DNA of 26,614 nt. Origin: a virus (taxonomy: Duplodnaviria > Caudoviricetes). The stretch lies in the IMG/VR virus record IMGVR_UViG_3300033076_000213, positions 1-26,614 of that record, one strand, 5' to 3'. This document shows positions 16,275 through 25,519 of this stretch, piece by piece. Below the pieces are notes generated by a model. That model saw nothing but the letters and a program-made list of their open reading frames with translations, made no database searches and was not told where the DNA came from. The position numbers were made by a program, and so were the translations under genes. The stretch's first letter is position 1. Each line of letters opens with the position of its first letter.

Positions 16275-17659
16275 GCGGTCTATTCGGTGGTGGCGGTGGC
16301 GGTGGTGGGGCCGCCAATCAAACAGTAACGCAAGAAAATGCGATTTCAAAGTTTGCTGCGCCTTACGTAGAAAACATGCTGGGCAAGGCAGAAGCTTTGA
16401 CCAGCCAGCCATATCAGGCATACCCCGGCCAACGCACAGCCGACTTTACTGGTATGCAGAACCAAGCGTTCGGTGCAGCAGGTAATTTAGGTGTGATGGG
16501 CCAAACAACACAGGCTTCCAACCTAGCCGGACAAGCAGGCATCAACGCACTCAGCGCTGCGTACAACCCAGCTCAGTTTGCAAACCAGTACCAAGCACCG
16601 GGACAGTATCAGGCGGCTCAGTTTGGTACGCCTGATGTGCGTGCACAACGCTTGCAGAATTTCCAAATGGGTCCAGCACAGCAGGTCAGCACAGACAGCT
16701 TTGCACGCCCCGGCTCTGCCGACAGCTATATGTCGCCCTACATGCAAAACGTTGTTGATGTTCAGCAACGCGAAGCACGTCGTGCCTCCGACATTCAAGG
16801 TCAACAAAATGCTGCGCGTGCTGTCGGTCAGGGTGCGTTTGGTGGTTCTCGCGCTGCTTTGGTGGAAGCTGAACGTCAGCGTAACTTGGGTACCCAACTA
16901 GGTGACATCCAAGCAACCGGCCAGCAAGCTGCTTACCAGCAAGCGCAACAGCAGTTCAACGCAGAACAGCAAGCACGTTTGCAAGCACAACAAGCCAACC
17001 AGCAGGCAGGTCTTACCACCGGCCAACAAAACCTCAACGCTCTTCTGGGCGTTCAAAGCCTTGGCGCTGGGCAAAACCTGCAAGCACAACAACTCAACCA
17101 AGCTGCACGACTGCAAGCACAGCAAGCAGCAGAACAGTCACGTCAGTACGGTTACGGCCAAAACATGACAGCTGCACAACTGCAAGCGCAGTACGGGTTG
17201 TCCGCCGATCAAGCAGCGGAAGCGTCGCGTCAATTCAGCGCTAACTACGGTCTGCAAGGAATCAATGCCGCTTTGCAGGGCGCTAGTACTTTGGGTCAGT
17301 TGGGCCAGAACCAGTACGCTCAGCAGACAGGCAATATCAGCTTGCAGAACCAATTAGGTACACAACAGCAGCAACAGCAACAAAACGTGCTGAACCAGCA
17401 GTACCAAGACTATCTGACACAGAAGCAAAACCCTTACACGCAACTGAGCTTCATGCAAAACATGCTGGCCGGTACACCGTTGGCGTCTTCTACGCAGCAG
17501 GTTTACTCGAACCCATCAATGCTGTCTCAAGTGGCTGGTTTGGGCACCGCTGCCGCAGGCGCTTACGGTTTGGGTAAAGCCAAAGGCGGTAAGATCAAAG
17601 AGAAGAAAGATGATCGTCCAGCAGGTCTGGCCGAGTTGGCATTGTCAAAAATGCGCTAA
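16271..17659 (+). CDS. Gln-rich DNA ejection/pilot protein
   Basis: GGAG SD; poly-Gly N-terminus, YMSPYMQNVVD, GAFGGSR, Gln-rich helical repeats, and a Gly/Ala hydrophobic C-terminal segment. Confidence 0.75.
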   Translation: MSGLFGGGGGGGGAANQTVTQENAISKFAAPYVENMLGKAEALTSQPYQAYPGQRTADFTGMQNQAFGAAGNLGVMGQTTQASNLAGQAGINALSAAYNPAQFANQYQAPGQYQAAQFGTPDVRAQRLQNFQMGPAQQVSTDSFARPGSADSYMSPYMQNVVDVQQREARRASDIQGQQNAARAVGQGAFGGSRAALVEAERQRNLGTQLGDIQATGQQAAYQQAQQQFNAEQQARLQAQQANQQAGLTTGQQNLNALLGVQSLGAGQNLQAQQLNQAARLQAQQAAEQSRQYGYGQNMTAAQLQAQYGLSADQAAEASRQFSANYGLQGINAALQGASTLGQLGQNQYAQQTGNISLQNQLGTQQQQQQQNVLNQQYQDYLTQKQNPYTQLSFMQNMLAGTPLASSTQQVYSNPSMLSQVAGLGTAAAGAYGLGKAKGGKIKEKKDDRPAGLAELALSKMR

Positions 17660-17668
17660 GGAAGAATC

Positions 17669-19213
17669 ATGGCTGTAGCACCACAAAACATTATGGCAAC
17701 CCTGCGCTCGATGCCCGACGCGCAGTTGGCGCAGTATGCCGCCATGCACAAGAGCGACCCGTTCATCTTCCCTCTGGCCTTCCAAGAAAGCCAGAACCGC
17801 AAGCATCTGCGTGCCGCAGAGCAAGCAAAAGGCGCTGGTCAAGAAGCCCCTAAAGTGGTTGACCAAGACCTGCAAGAAATGCAGCCAGCACCACAGATGC
17901 TGCCAGAAGATGTTGGCATCGCTCAGCTCCCCGCCCAAAATATGCAAGGCATGGCAGGCGGCGGCATCGTTGCGTTTGAAGCAGGTGGCGAGGTACCACG
18001 TTTCCAAAACCGAGGCTACGTGCAAGAGGACCAGATGTTTAATCTGCTTCCTCCCGGGTCGATGGGCAGCGTTCCTCCAAAAGCTGCGTCCGAAACAAAT
18101 GCTTTCGATCCCATCATGTCTGCTGACCTACAGGCCCGTAAGATGCGCGGGTACGGTTTGACCGACACAGAAAAAGCACGCCTGTTGAACACACAAGCGC
18201 TTAAAGAGCAACAACGTGCGGCTGGCGCAGAAGCTGCTGCCAAAGGTATTCCATTCAACCCTTCCGGTGTTTTACCGCCCACCGCTACCAAACCAGCAAC
18301 CCAGCAGACCATCCCACAGAGCACAACACCCGCAGTCAGTAAAGAGCAGGTTGCCGGTGGCGTGGACAAACTGCTTGGCGATAAAGGCGACACACCTGCC
18401 GCCCCACCCACAGCACCCGGCGCTGGGTTGCCCTCTCTGAGTTCGTACAAAAAAGACTTGGAAGATGTCGTTTACAAAAACGCTCCTACCAAAGAAGGTT
18501 TGCTTAAAGAGTTCGAGACCATTGACAAACCTTTGGTTGAAAAAGTGCAAGCCAGTATTGACAAGGAAGCTGCACGCTTGAAGTCTGACAAAGAGCAAGA
18601 CTTCTACATGTCGCTCATCCAAGGCGGCTTGGCTGCTGCGGCAGAGTCTGGCCCCAACGCTTTGCAAAACATTGCCAAAGGTTTCTCTGTGGGAGCAGGC
18701 ACGTACAAAGAGGCGCTCAAAGACTTCCGCAAAGCGACGCAAGAAAACTCCAAGATGGAAATGGAGTTGGCCAAGTACCAAGCCTCTGGCAAGAAAGAAG
18801 CACTCAAGTCGTACTACGATGCACAAGCACGCCGTGACGACCGTTATGCTCAAGGTATGGCGTCTTTGATGCAACAGCAAGTACAGACCCAAGGTCAGAT
18901 CGCTGCCGCAGGCGCTGGTGCTCGTGCCGGTGTCGATGCGCAAGTCGCGTTGTTGGAGCGCCTTGGTTCTGCCAAGGAAGGCAGCCCCTTGCTCACAGGT
19001 CTGGAACGCAAAACGCAGGAAGACAAAATTCCGCGCTTGTACGCTGAGTACACAAAAAATGCTTCGGACCAAATGAAGGGCGAAGACTTCATGCGCAAGT
19101 ACCCAACGTTTGACGTGTATCGCGCAGGCATGGGCGGTTCTGGCGGCGGTCAGTTCATCAACCTCCCCAACACAGCAGTGCCTAGTACAGCTGTACGAGC
19201 ACGCCCAAATTAG
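17669..19213 (+). CDS. Internal virion/ejection protein (514 aa)
   Basis: AAGGA SD; MAGGGIVAFEAGG motif, Pro-rich linker and helical C-terminal half; lies between the pilot protein and the giant protein. Confidence 0.7.
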   Translation: MAVAPQNIMATLRSMPDAQLAQYAAMHKSDPFIFPLAFQESQNRKHLRAAEQAKGAGQEAPKVVDQDLQEMQPAPQMLPEDVGIAQLPAQNMQGMAGGGIVAFEAGGEVPRFQNRGYVQEDQMFNLLPPGSMGSVPPKAASETNAFDPIMSADLQARKMRGYGLTDTEKARLLNTQALKEQQRAAGAEAAAKGIPFNPSGVLPPTATKPATQQTIPQSTTPAVSKEQVAGGVDKLLGDKGDTPAAPPTAPGAGLPSLSSYKKDLEDVVYKNAPTKEGLLKEFETIDKPLVEKVQASIDKEAARLKSDKEQDFYMSLIQGGLAAAAESGPNALQNIAKGFSVGAGTYKEALKDFRKATQENSKMEMELAKYQASGKKEALKSYYDAQARRDDRYAQGMASLMQQQVQTQGQIAAAGAGARAGVDAQVALLERLGSAKEGSPLLTGLERKTQEDKIPRLYAEYTKNASDQMKGEDFMRKYPTFDVYRAGMGGSGGGQFINLPNTAVPSTAVRARPN

Positions 19214-19214
19214 G

Positions 19215-19279
19215 CATAATCTGTCCTGCGTGTTTGAAAACCCGCTTCACGCGGCGGGGTAAAAATTCAACGGACAGTA
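19215..19279 (+). promoter_or_regulatory. -10-like box plus long imperfect stem-loop covering the ribosome-binding region of the giant gene
   Basis: CATAAT 19215-20; CTGTCC 19221-26 pairs with GGACAG 19272-77; TTGAA 19234-38 with TTCAA 19266-70; CCCGC 19241-45 with GCGGG 19254-58. Confidence 0.5.
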
Positions 19280-22200
19280 ATGGCCAACTTTGTAAAGCTC
19301 CCAGACGGCTCCTTGTTTCCTGCAAAGGAAGGCGAGGATTATGCAACCGCGATGCGTGCCGCTTATGCGGCGTATCCAGAAGCGTTTGGGGGTGTGTCAA
19401 CCACCAAAGCGCCTGAGTCCGGTTTTACTCCCGCGCTCAAAGCCGGTTTCGAGAACCTGAAAGGTGACGTTGCCGCGTTGGCCGGACGTGCTGGCTTGAT
19501 GGATTTGTCTGCTGCTGAGAAGTACAAAGCAGAGAAAGAAGCCGAAGCCCAAAAAATCTTTAAGCCAACCGAAGAAGGTTGGACTGAAGCCCCCCTCACC
19601 AAACTCAAAGAACTGGCCGGTGGCTCGTTGCCTTATATGGCAGCCCCGTTGGCCGCTGGCGCTGCCGCAGCTGCCGCCCCCGTCACTGGACTTGCCGGTG
19701 CAGCTTTGACCGCCGGTGCTACCGGACTTACTTCTGCCGCACAGTTCACAGGCTCGAACTTGTCGCGCCAAATGGACGAAGGCAAGACACTTGCCGAAAC
19801 AGACTTAGGCGCTGCTGCGTTGGCAGCCATCCCGCAAGCGGCATTGGACGTTGTCTCCTTGAAGATGATTCCCGGTGTGCGCAACATCTTGGCTGCTGGT
19901 GGCCGCAAAGTATCGGAAGAAACCGCGCAGGCTGCTGCCCAGCAAGGCATCAAGAACATCGCTGCGGACTACGCAAAAGCCACCGGCAAGACAATGAGCA
20001 TCGAAGGTTTGACCGAAGCCGGTCAACAGGTGTTTGAGCGTTTGCAGGCCGGTCTGTCTTTGACCGATTCCGAAGCTCGTAAGGAGTATTGGGACAACTT
20101 CCTTGGCGGCGCTGTCCTTGGCGGCACGCTTGCTCCTGCTGGTCGTTTTGTTGAACGTGGCCAAGAACAGGCCAAAGACCAAGAGCTAAAAGCCGAGCAA
20201 GCACGCAAAGCTGCCGAGGCGGCAGCACAGGCCGAGGAAGCAGCTAAGACAGCCCCAGATCGCCGTCTTGCTGAACTAGAAGCACAGACTGCGCAGCAAC
20301 CAACAGCTTCGCAAGCACTGCCAAGCGACGTCCCAGACGCAGCGCCGTACCAGATGGCAAACGTACTGAACCTGACCGACAGCTATCAGCAGTTGAAAGG
20401 GCAGTTGGCCAAGCTTCAAGAGCAGTACACACAAGGCGCTGACATTGCTACCCAACAGAAGTTGGAAAAGCAAATGGAAGAAGTCGAAGCGCACATGAAC
20501 GACTTGGCCCCTGCGATTGAACGCATGGGCGGTTCGACTATGCCTGTTGACGAGATCAACAAAGCGCTGGCTGCGTCCGAGAAGAAACGTCTGGATGCAA
20601 TGGCTATTGGTGACATCAAGGCAGCTAAGAAACACGCAGGCACCATCCAAGATTTACAGAGCCGTTTGGAAGTTGCACAGAAAGGCGCTACACCAAAAGG
20701 CGAAACACTTGGGTTGCCACTGGAAGAGCCTGCTCAACCGAAACAAGAAGGTTTGCAATACACGGCACCTACCGAAGCAAAGCCTGAGCCAGTCAAAGAG
20801 ATCGCACCTAAACAGCTAGCCGATGTGCAATCCGCACAAAAGCAGGTCAACACTGCGCAACAGCAGCTGGACAACGTGCTGCAAACTAGCGGCACAAAAG
20901 ATACCAACGCTCTGTACCAAGCCATTGACGCAGTCAATCAGGCACAGGATACGTCCACACGTGCGCAAGAGAACATCGGTCGTCCGACATTCAAGCCTGC
21001 GATCATCGACTTGTTCGACCCAGCCAACGTGTTGCAGACAGCGATTGCTAACGGCGACAGCAAAGTGCTCAATGATATTGCCGCACACGCAGACCGCACA
21101 ACTTTGCGCCAAGCACTCGACCAAGCTAGTACCGACCGTGAACGCCTTGTCAAAATCCTTGACAGCAAACTAAACCTCGAAGGTCAGACACGCGAGCGTG
21201 TAGATTTGTTCAGCAAGATGTACAACCCAAAACAGCAAGCGCTGTTTAAAAACGGTACGTACCCTGACAAAAACTTACAGAGCATCTTTGACCAAGGCGG
21301 TCCTTCTGCTGTCGAGTACGAAAACATTTTGCAAGATGTCGAAGCCTTGCAAAAGAAAGTCACGACCAAGCAAGGTAACGCCAAGCAATCTTTGTACGAA
21401 CAGCTTGTGGCCCTTGCCGCAGAACACGAAGCATTGAAAGCGCAGCTTGAGTCAGGCATTGCCAAGCCGACTATGGGCGAAAAAACGGCCAAGCTGCAAG
21501 CACAGCTCGGTAAAGGTGAAGCCCCCGCCGAAGGCCGCCAGATGGATGCAGCCGAACGCTACCAAGCTGAACGCCGTCTTACTGCTATCGAGAACAAGTA
21601 CAAGTTGGTGGAAGGCAAAGTGTTGCCAATCCGCGATCAGGTCAAAGCCCTGTGGGACAGCATGTACAAAACAACGCCAGCTGAAAAGCCTAGCGTTATC
21701 GCTGAGCGCAAGAAAGCCGAAGCAACTGAGGCAGCCAAGGGACCCAAAGCCAAGACACGCGCTGCTGCAACCGCTGCACGTATTGCCCGTGGTGACGTGC
21801 GCTACGAAGCCGAGAACTCCACAAAGATGCGTCAGTTGGCGATGGAGTTGGGCATGGAGGAAGCCGAGTACGACAAGTTTGGCGAAGGCTTGATGAAACG
21901 CGTTCGTGCTTTGGAAGAAAAGTACGGCAAGAACGACCCTGCTGTTACAGCGTTTCGCATTCAGATGTCCAAGGACTTGGAAGCCAAGGCGCTTGAGATC
22001 GGTAAGAAGACACCAGAGTACAAAGCGACACTGAAAGAGCAAACCGAAATCGTGCGCGAAGCTTTGTCGCAGAGCAAGCAGACACTGCCCACCAAGCGCA
22101 CAGGCCAAGTCACACGCAAACAAACAGGTGCACCGTCGCGCTTGCGTAGTGCCTCCCCTGAAAGCCGCGCCGAGGGCGAAGCCGAGAACGAGCGCAGCTT

Positions 22201-25200
22201 GCGCAGCACGCTCAAGGACTTCAAAGACGCTATTGCTGCCGAGAAAAGCGGTACGGCTTACCGTCTGCGTGAGGACGGCACCGAGCAGGTGGTCGATGCT
22301 GCCGAGGCACAAAAAGTAATTGACGGTTTGAAACTGCCTGACAACGTAAAGTTTGTCTACGCCCCAACGACAGGAAATATTCCTGTTCGTTTGCTCAACC
22401 TAATGGCTAAAGAAGGCGTTGACCCCAACGAAGGCATGGTGCAAGGCGCTGTGTTCCCTGACGGTACTGTGCTCGTTGTTGGCGACCAACACGCCGACGT
22501 GAAAGACTTGGAAGAAACGATTGCCCACGAGCTGATCGGACACTACGGTATCGACACTGTCATCGGTCTTGATCGCCTCAATGCTTTTGCCAAGAAGACA
22601 GACGTGATCGAGCTGGCCGAGCGTTTGGGTGGCAAGAAGTTGGTGGCCGAAGTCATGAATACTGTACGAGCCAACGCCGACATTGGCCGAAGCGAAGAGG
22701 TACAGAAGCTGCAAGCCTTGCGAGAAATCATCGCGCACACATCCGAAGCACGCATCACTGAGTCGTTCCGAGAAAAAGCCGGACGTTGGTTGAAAGAGCT
22801 GGTAGGTATGGTTCGCGCAGGTTTGCGTGACATGGGTTTGAAAAATTTGGCCGAGCTGTCCACATCGGACGTGTTCTACATGCTCAAGCAATCGCGTAAG
22901 GCTTTTGAAAGCAAGCAGATTGGTCCGTACAAAGCCGCCGATGGCGGTGTGGCTTTCCGTCGCCGTTCAGAACCCAGCGAGTACGGTATTGGCCGCCCTG
23001 CTGGCGTGGTGGACACGATGCTTGGCAACATGATGGGCTTGGCCGGTCGTGTGCAGTTCGTTGACCAATACGCCGCTATTGAAGCTGCCGCCAAGAAAGG
23101 TCTGGCTAAAGGCGTTATCTCCTCGCTCGAAGCCGTCAACGCCAACTACCTGTTGCGCTTTGGCCAACAGCGTAGCCAGTTTGCTGGTCAGTTCTTGACC
23201 AACGGCCCAGTACGCGCTGTGCACACCAAAAAGGATGGCGGTGTCGAGACTGTGTACCAGAGCAACAAAGGCGTGTCCATGATGGACGTGGCCAAACGTG
23301 TGGGTGAAGCAGGCATCGGGAACGATACCGAGCAAGAAGATATGTTCACCTTGTATCTGGCTGGCAAGCGTGCCAACCAAGTTGGTTGGGACAAACTGAA
23401 CTACACAAATCCGAACGACGCCAAAGCCAAGTACGAGAAGATGATGGCAGTCGTCAACGCAAACTCCAAGGCCAAAGAAGCGTTTGAGGACGCTGCCAAG
23501 ATGTATCAAAAATACAACGCTGGCTTACTCGACTTCTTGGTCGATACTGGCGCTTTGTCCAAGGGTAAGGCTGACGAACTCAAAGCAATCAGCTATGTAC
23601 CTTTCTACCGTGTGAACGGTGACGGTGAAGTCCAGTTGGTGATCGACAAAGAAAAGTCACCAGTACGCATCGCCAACATCAAGGACCAGCCACAACTGCA
23701 ACAGCTAGTTGGCGGCAACACTGAGATCATGCCAATCTTCACCAGCGCTGCGCAAAACACCTTCATGCTGACCGGCATGGGGTTGCGCAACCAAGCCGTT
23801 AAAGAGACGAGCTTCATGTTACAGAAGCTGGGTATTGCCAGCCGCGTGTCATCCGGCATGGGACCAAAAGGCGAAAACGTTGTTCGTTTCTTCAAGCACG
23901 GCGAACCTTACTACGCGCTGATTGACACCGATGCTTACGGTATTCCTGCCGATCTGATCGTCAAAGGTATGGAGGGTATCAAAACTTCGATGCCAGCGGT
24001 GGTTAAAGCGTTGGGTATCCCGTCGCAACTGCTGCGCAACTTCGTTGTGCGTATGCCTACCTACGCCTTGCGTCAGATCATTCGTGACCCGTTGAACGCA
24101 TGGTTGACCACCGGCACAGACGCTGCGCCGATTCTCTCGTCTATGAAAGAGTTGGCTAGTATGGTCGCAGGTCGCAGCGATGCCGAGCGCAAGCTCATGG
24201 AGTCTGGTGCTATTAGCAGCAACGTCTACAGCGGCGACGAAGCCGACATGGGTAAATTCCTGCAAGACATTGCAGCGGGTAAGTCGATGTGGGAAAAAGC
24301 AATCGGTCGCCTAGATGCGTTCGCCTTGCAAGGTGATGCCGCTACCCGCGCCGTGGTCTACAAAGATTCGCTGGCCAAAGGCATGACCGAGCAAGAAGCT
24401 CTGCTGCGCACACTTGAGTCCATGAACTTTAGCCGTCGCGGTGTGTCACCAAGTATGCACGCCTTGTCGGTAATGATCCCCTTCTTCAACGCGCAGGTGC
24501 AAGGTTTGGACGTAATTTACCGCGCCTTCAAGGGTGACATGCCTTTCAGCGAACAAACGAAGATTCGCGCCAAGATGGTTCAGCGCGGGATGATGTTGGC
24601 CGCAGGCACTATTGCCTACGCTGCCATGATGGAGGACGACGAAGCGTACAAACGCGCCAAACCAGAAGAGCGCTATGCCAACTGGTTCGTGTATGTGCCC
24701 GGCGTGTCTGAGCCAGTGCGTGTACCAATCCCGTTTGAAATGGGTTTCTTGTTCAAGGCTTTGCCAGAGGCGGTGTGGAACTCTGCTATGCAAGACGACA
24801 AAGCAAGCAAGGCTGCAAAAGGTCTTGGCAGCGTGTTCATGCAGACTGTCCCCAACCCTGTACCGCAAGCCATCAAACCCGCTGTTGAAGCGGTGCTGGG
24901 CAAATCTTTCTACGGCGGCGACATTGAATCTGCACGCGAGAAAGAAATGTTGGCGACAGACCGCTACCGCGAAAACACCACTGAGCTGTCCAAGCTGATT
25001 GGTGCAGTAACAGGTAAGGCTGGCGTCAGCCCGATCATGCTCGACTATTTGGTGCGTGGATACACCGGCGGTCTGGGTATCGCCCTTGTGCAGCTTGCTA
25101 ACCCGCTACTGGCCTCAGATGCGCGTGACATTGCGCAACCAACAACCAAGCCAAGCAAGCTGCCGTTGATCGGCGGTCTGTTCCAGCCCGTTGAAGGTCG

Positions 25201-25519
25201 CGGAACCTTAGATGAATCTTACGATCGCATGATGGAGATTCGCCAGATCAAAGGCACGTACAACAAGCTGGTGGAAGAAGGCCGCCGCGCAGAAGCCAAA
25301 GAGTTTGCGCAGAACTACGCCAACGACTTGGCTGCCATGTCTGTGTCAGGCAGTGTGCAAAAGCAACTCGGCGAAATCGCCAAGTATGAGCGCATGGTCA
25401 AGGCCAGCCCAACGTTGACGACAGAGCAAAAAGACGCAGAGCTTGAGAAGCTAGACAAACTCAAGATGCGTCTGGCTACAAAGTTTCTTGCGTTCAGCGA
25501 TAAAACCACACGCCAATAA
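19280..25519 (+). CDS. Large polyvalent internal virion protein (2079 aa) with zincin-like motif and LPD38-like C-terminal domain
   Basis: Hydrophobic Ala/Gly segment near the N-terminus; long coiled coils; ETIAHELIGHYG at 22526 with downstream EIIAH; DDEAYK...NWFV...VRVPIPFEMGFLFKALPE...SFYGGDI pattern at ~24630-25200. Confidence 0.8.
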   Translation: MANFVKLPDGSLFPAKEGEDYATAMRAAYAAYPEAFGGVSTTKAPESGFTPALKAGFENLKGDVAALAGRAGLMDLSAAEKYKAEKEAEAQKIFKPTEEGWTEAPLTKLKELAGGSLPYMAAPLAAGAAAAAAPVTGLAGAALTAGATGLTSAAQFTGSNLSRQMDEGKTLAETDLGAAALAAIPQAALDVVSLKMIPGVRNILAAGGRKVSEETAQAAAQQGIKNIAADYAKATGKTMSIEGLTEAGQQVFERLQAGLSLTDSEARKEYWDNFLGGAVLGGTLAPAGRFVERGQEQAKDQELKAEQARKAAEAAAQAEEAAKTAPDRRLAELEAQTAQQPTASQALPSDVPDAAPYQMANVLNLTDSYQQLKGQLAKLQEQYTQGADIATQQKLEKQMEEVEAHMNDLAPAIERMGGSTMPVDEINKALAASEKKRLDAMAIGDIKAAKKHAGTIQDLQSRLEVAQKGATPKGETLGLPLEEPAQPKQEGLQYTAPTEAKPEPVKEIAPKQLADVQSAQKQVNTAQQQLDNVLQTSGTKDTNALYQAIDAVNQAQDTSTRAQENIGRPTFKPAIIDLFDPANVLQTAIANGDSKVLNDIAAHADRTTLRQALDQASTDRERLVKILDSKLNLEGQTRERVDLFSKMYNPKQQALFKNGTYPDKNLQSIFDQGGPSAVEYENILQDVEALQKKVTTKQGNAKQSLYEQLVALAAEHEALKAQLESGIAKPTMGEKTAKLQAQLGKGEAPAEGRQMDAAERYQAERRLTAIENKYKLVEGKVLPIRDQVKALWDSMYKTTPAEKPSVIAERKKAEATEAAKGPKAKTRAAATAARIARGDVRYEAENSTKMRQLAMELGMEEAEYDKFGEGLMKRVRALEEKYGKNDPAVTAFRIQMSKDLEAKALEIGKKTPEYKATLKEQTEIVREALSQSKQTLPTKRTGQVTRKQTGAPSRLRSASPESRAEGEAENERSLRSTLKDFKDAIAAEKSGTAYRLREDGTEQVVDAAEAQKVIDGLKLPDNVKFVYAPTTGNIPVRLLNLMAKEGVDPNEGMVQGAVFPDGTVLVVGDQHADVKDLEETIAHELIGHYGIDTVIGLDRLNAFAKKTDVIELAERLGGKKLVAEVMNTVRANADIGRSEEVQKLQALREIIAHTSEARITESFREKAGRWLKELVGMVRAGLRDMGLKNLAELSTSDVFYMLKQSRKAFESKQIGPYKAADGGVAFRRRSEPSEYGIGRPAGVVDTMLGNMMGLAGRVQFVDQYAAIEAAAKKGLAKGVISSLEAVNANYLLRFGQQRSQFAGQFLTNGPVRAVHTKKDGGVETVYQSNKGVSMMDVAKRVGEAGIGNDTEQEDMFTLYLAGKRANQVGWDKLNYTNPNDAKAKYEKMMAVVNANSKAKEAFEDAAKMYQKYNAGLLDFLVDTGALSKGKADELKAISYVPFYRVNGDGEVQLVIDKEKSPVRIANIKDQPQLQQLVGGNTEIMPIFTSAAQNTFMLTGMGLRNQAVKETSFMLQKLGIASRVSSGMGPKGENVVRFFKHGEPYYALIDTDAYGIPADLIVKGMEGIKTSMPAVVKALGIPSQLLRNFVVRMPTYALRQIIRDPLNAWLTTGTDAAPILSSMKELASMVAGRSDAERKLMESGAISSNVYSGDEADMGKFLQDIAAGKSMWEKAIGRLDAFALQGDAATRAVVYKDSLAKGMTEQEALLRTLESMNFSRRGVSPSMHALSVMIPFFNAQVQGLDVIYRAFKGDMPFSEQTKIRAKMVQRGMMLAAGTIAYAAMMEDDEAYKRAKPEERYANWFVYVPGVSEPVRVPIPFEMGFLFKALPEAVWNSAMQDDKASKAAKGLGSVFMQTVPNPVPQAIKPAVEAVLGKSFYGGDIESAREKEMLATDRYRENTTELSKLIGAVTGKAGVSPIMLDYLVRGYTGGLGIALVQLANPLLASDARDIAQPTTKPSKLPLIGGLFQPVEGRGTLDESYDRMMEIRQIKGTYNKLVEEGRRAEAKEFAQNYANDLAAMSVSGSVQKQLGEIAKYERMVKASPTLTTEQKDAELEKLDKLKMRLATKFLAFSDKTTRQ

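Noticed and set aside
16286-17383. Poly-Gly (16286-16309) and poly-Gln (~17363-17383) triplet runs as phase-variation tracts
   Set aside because: Mixed synonymous codons, and triplet slippage would keep the frame; ordinary low-complexity coding.
18272-23509. Long antisense ORFs (e.g. 18272-19072, 21452-22312, 22967-23509)
   Set aside because: They lie wholly opposite well-supported genes and show no recognisable motifs; they are expected shadows of codon bias.
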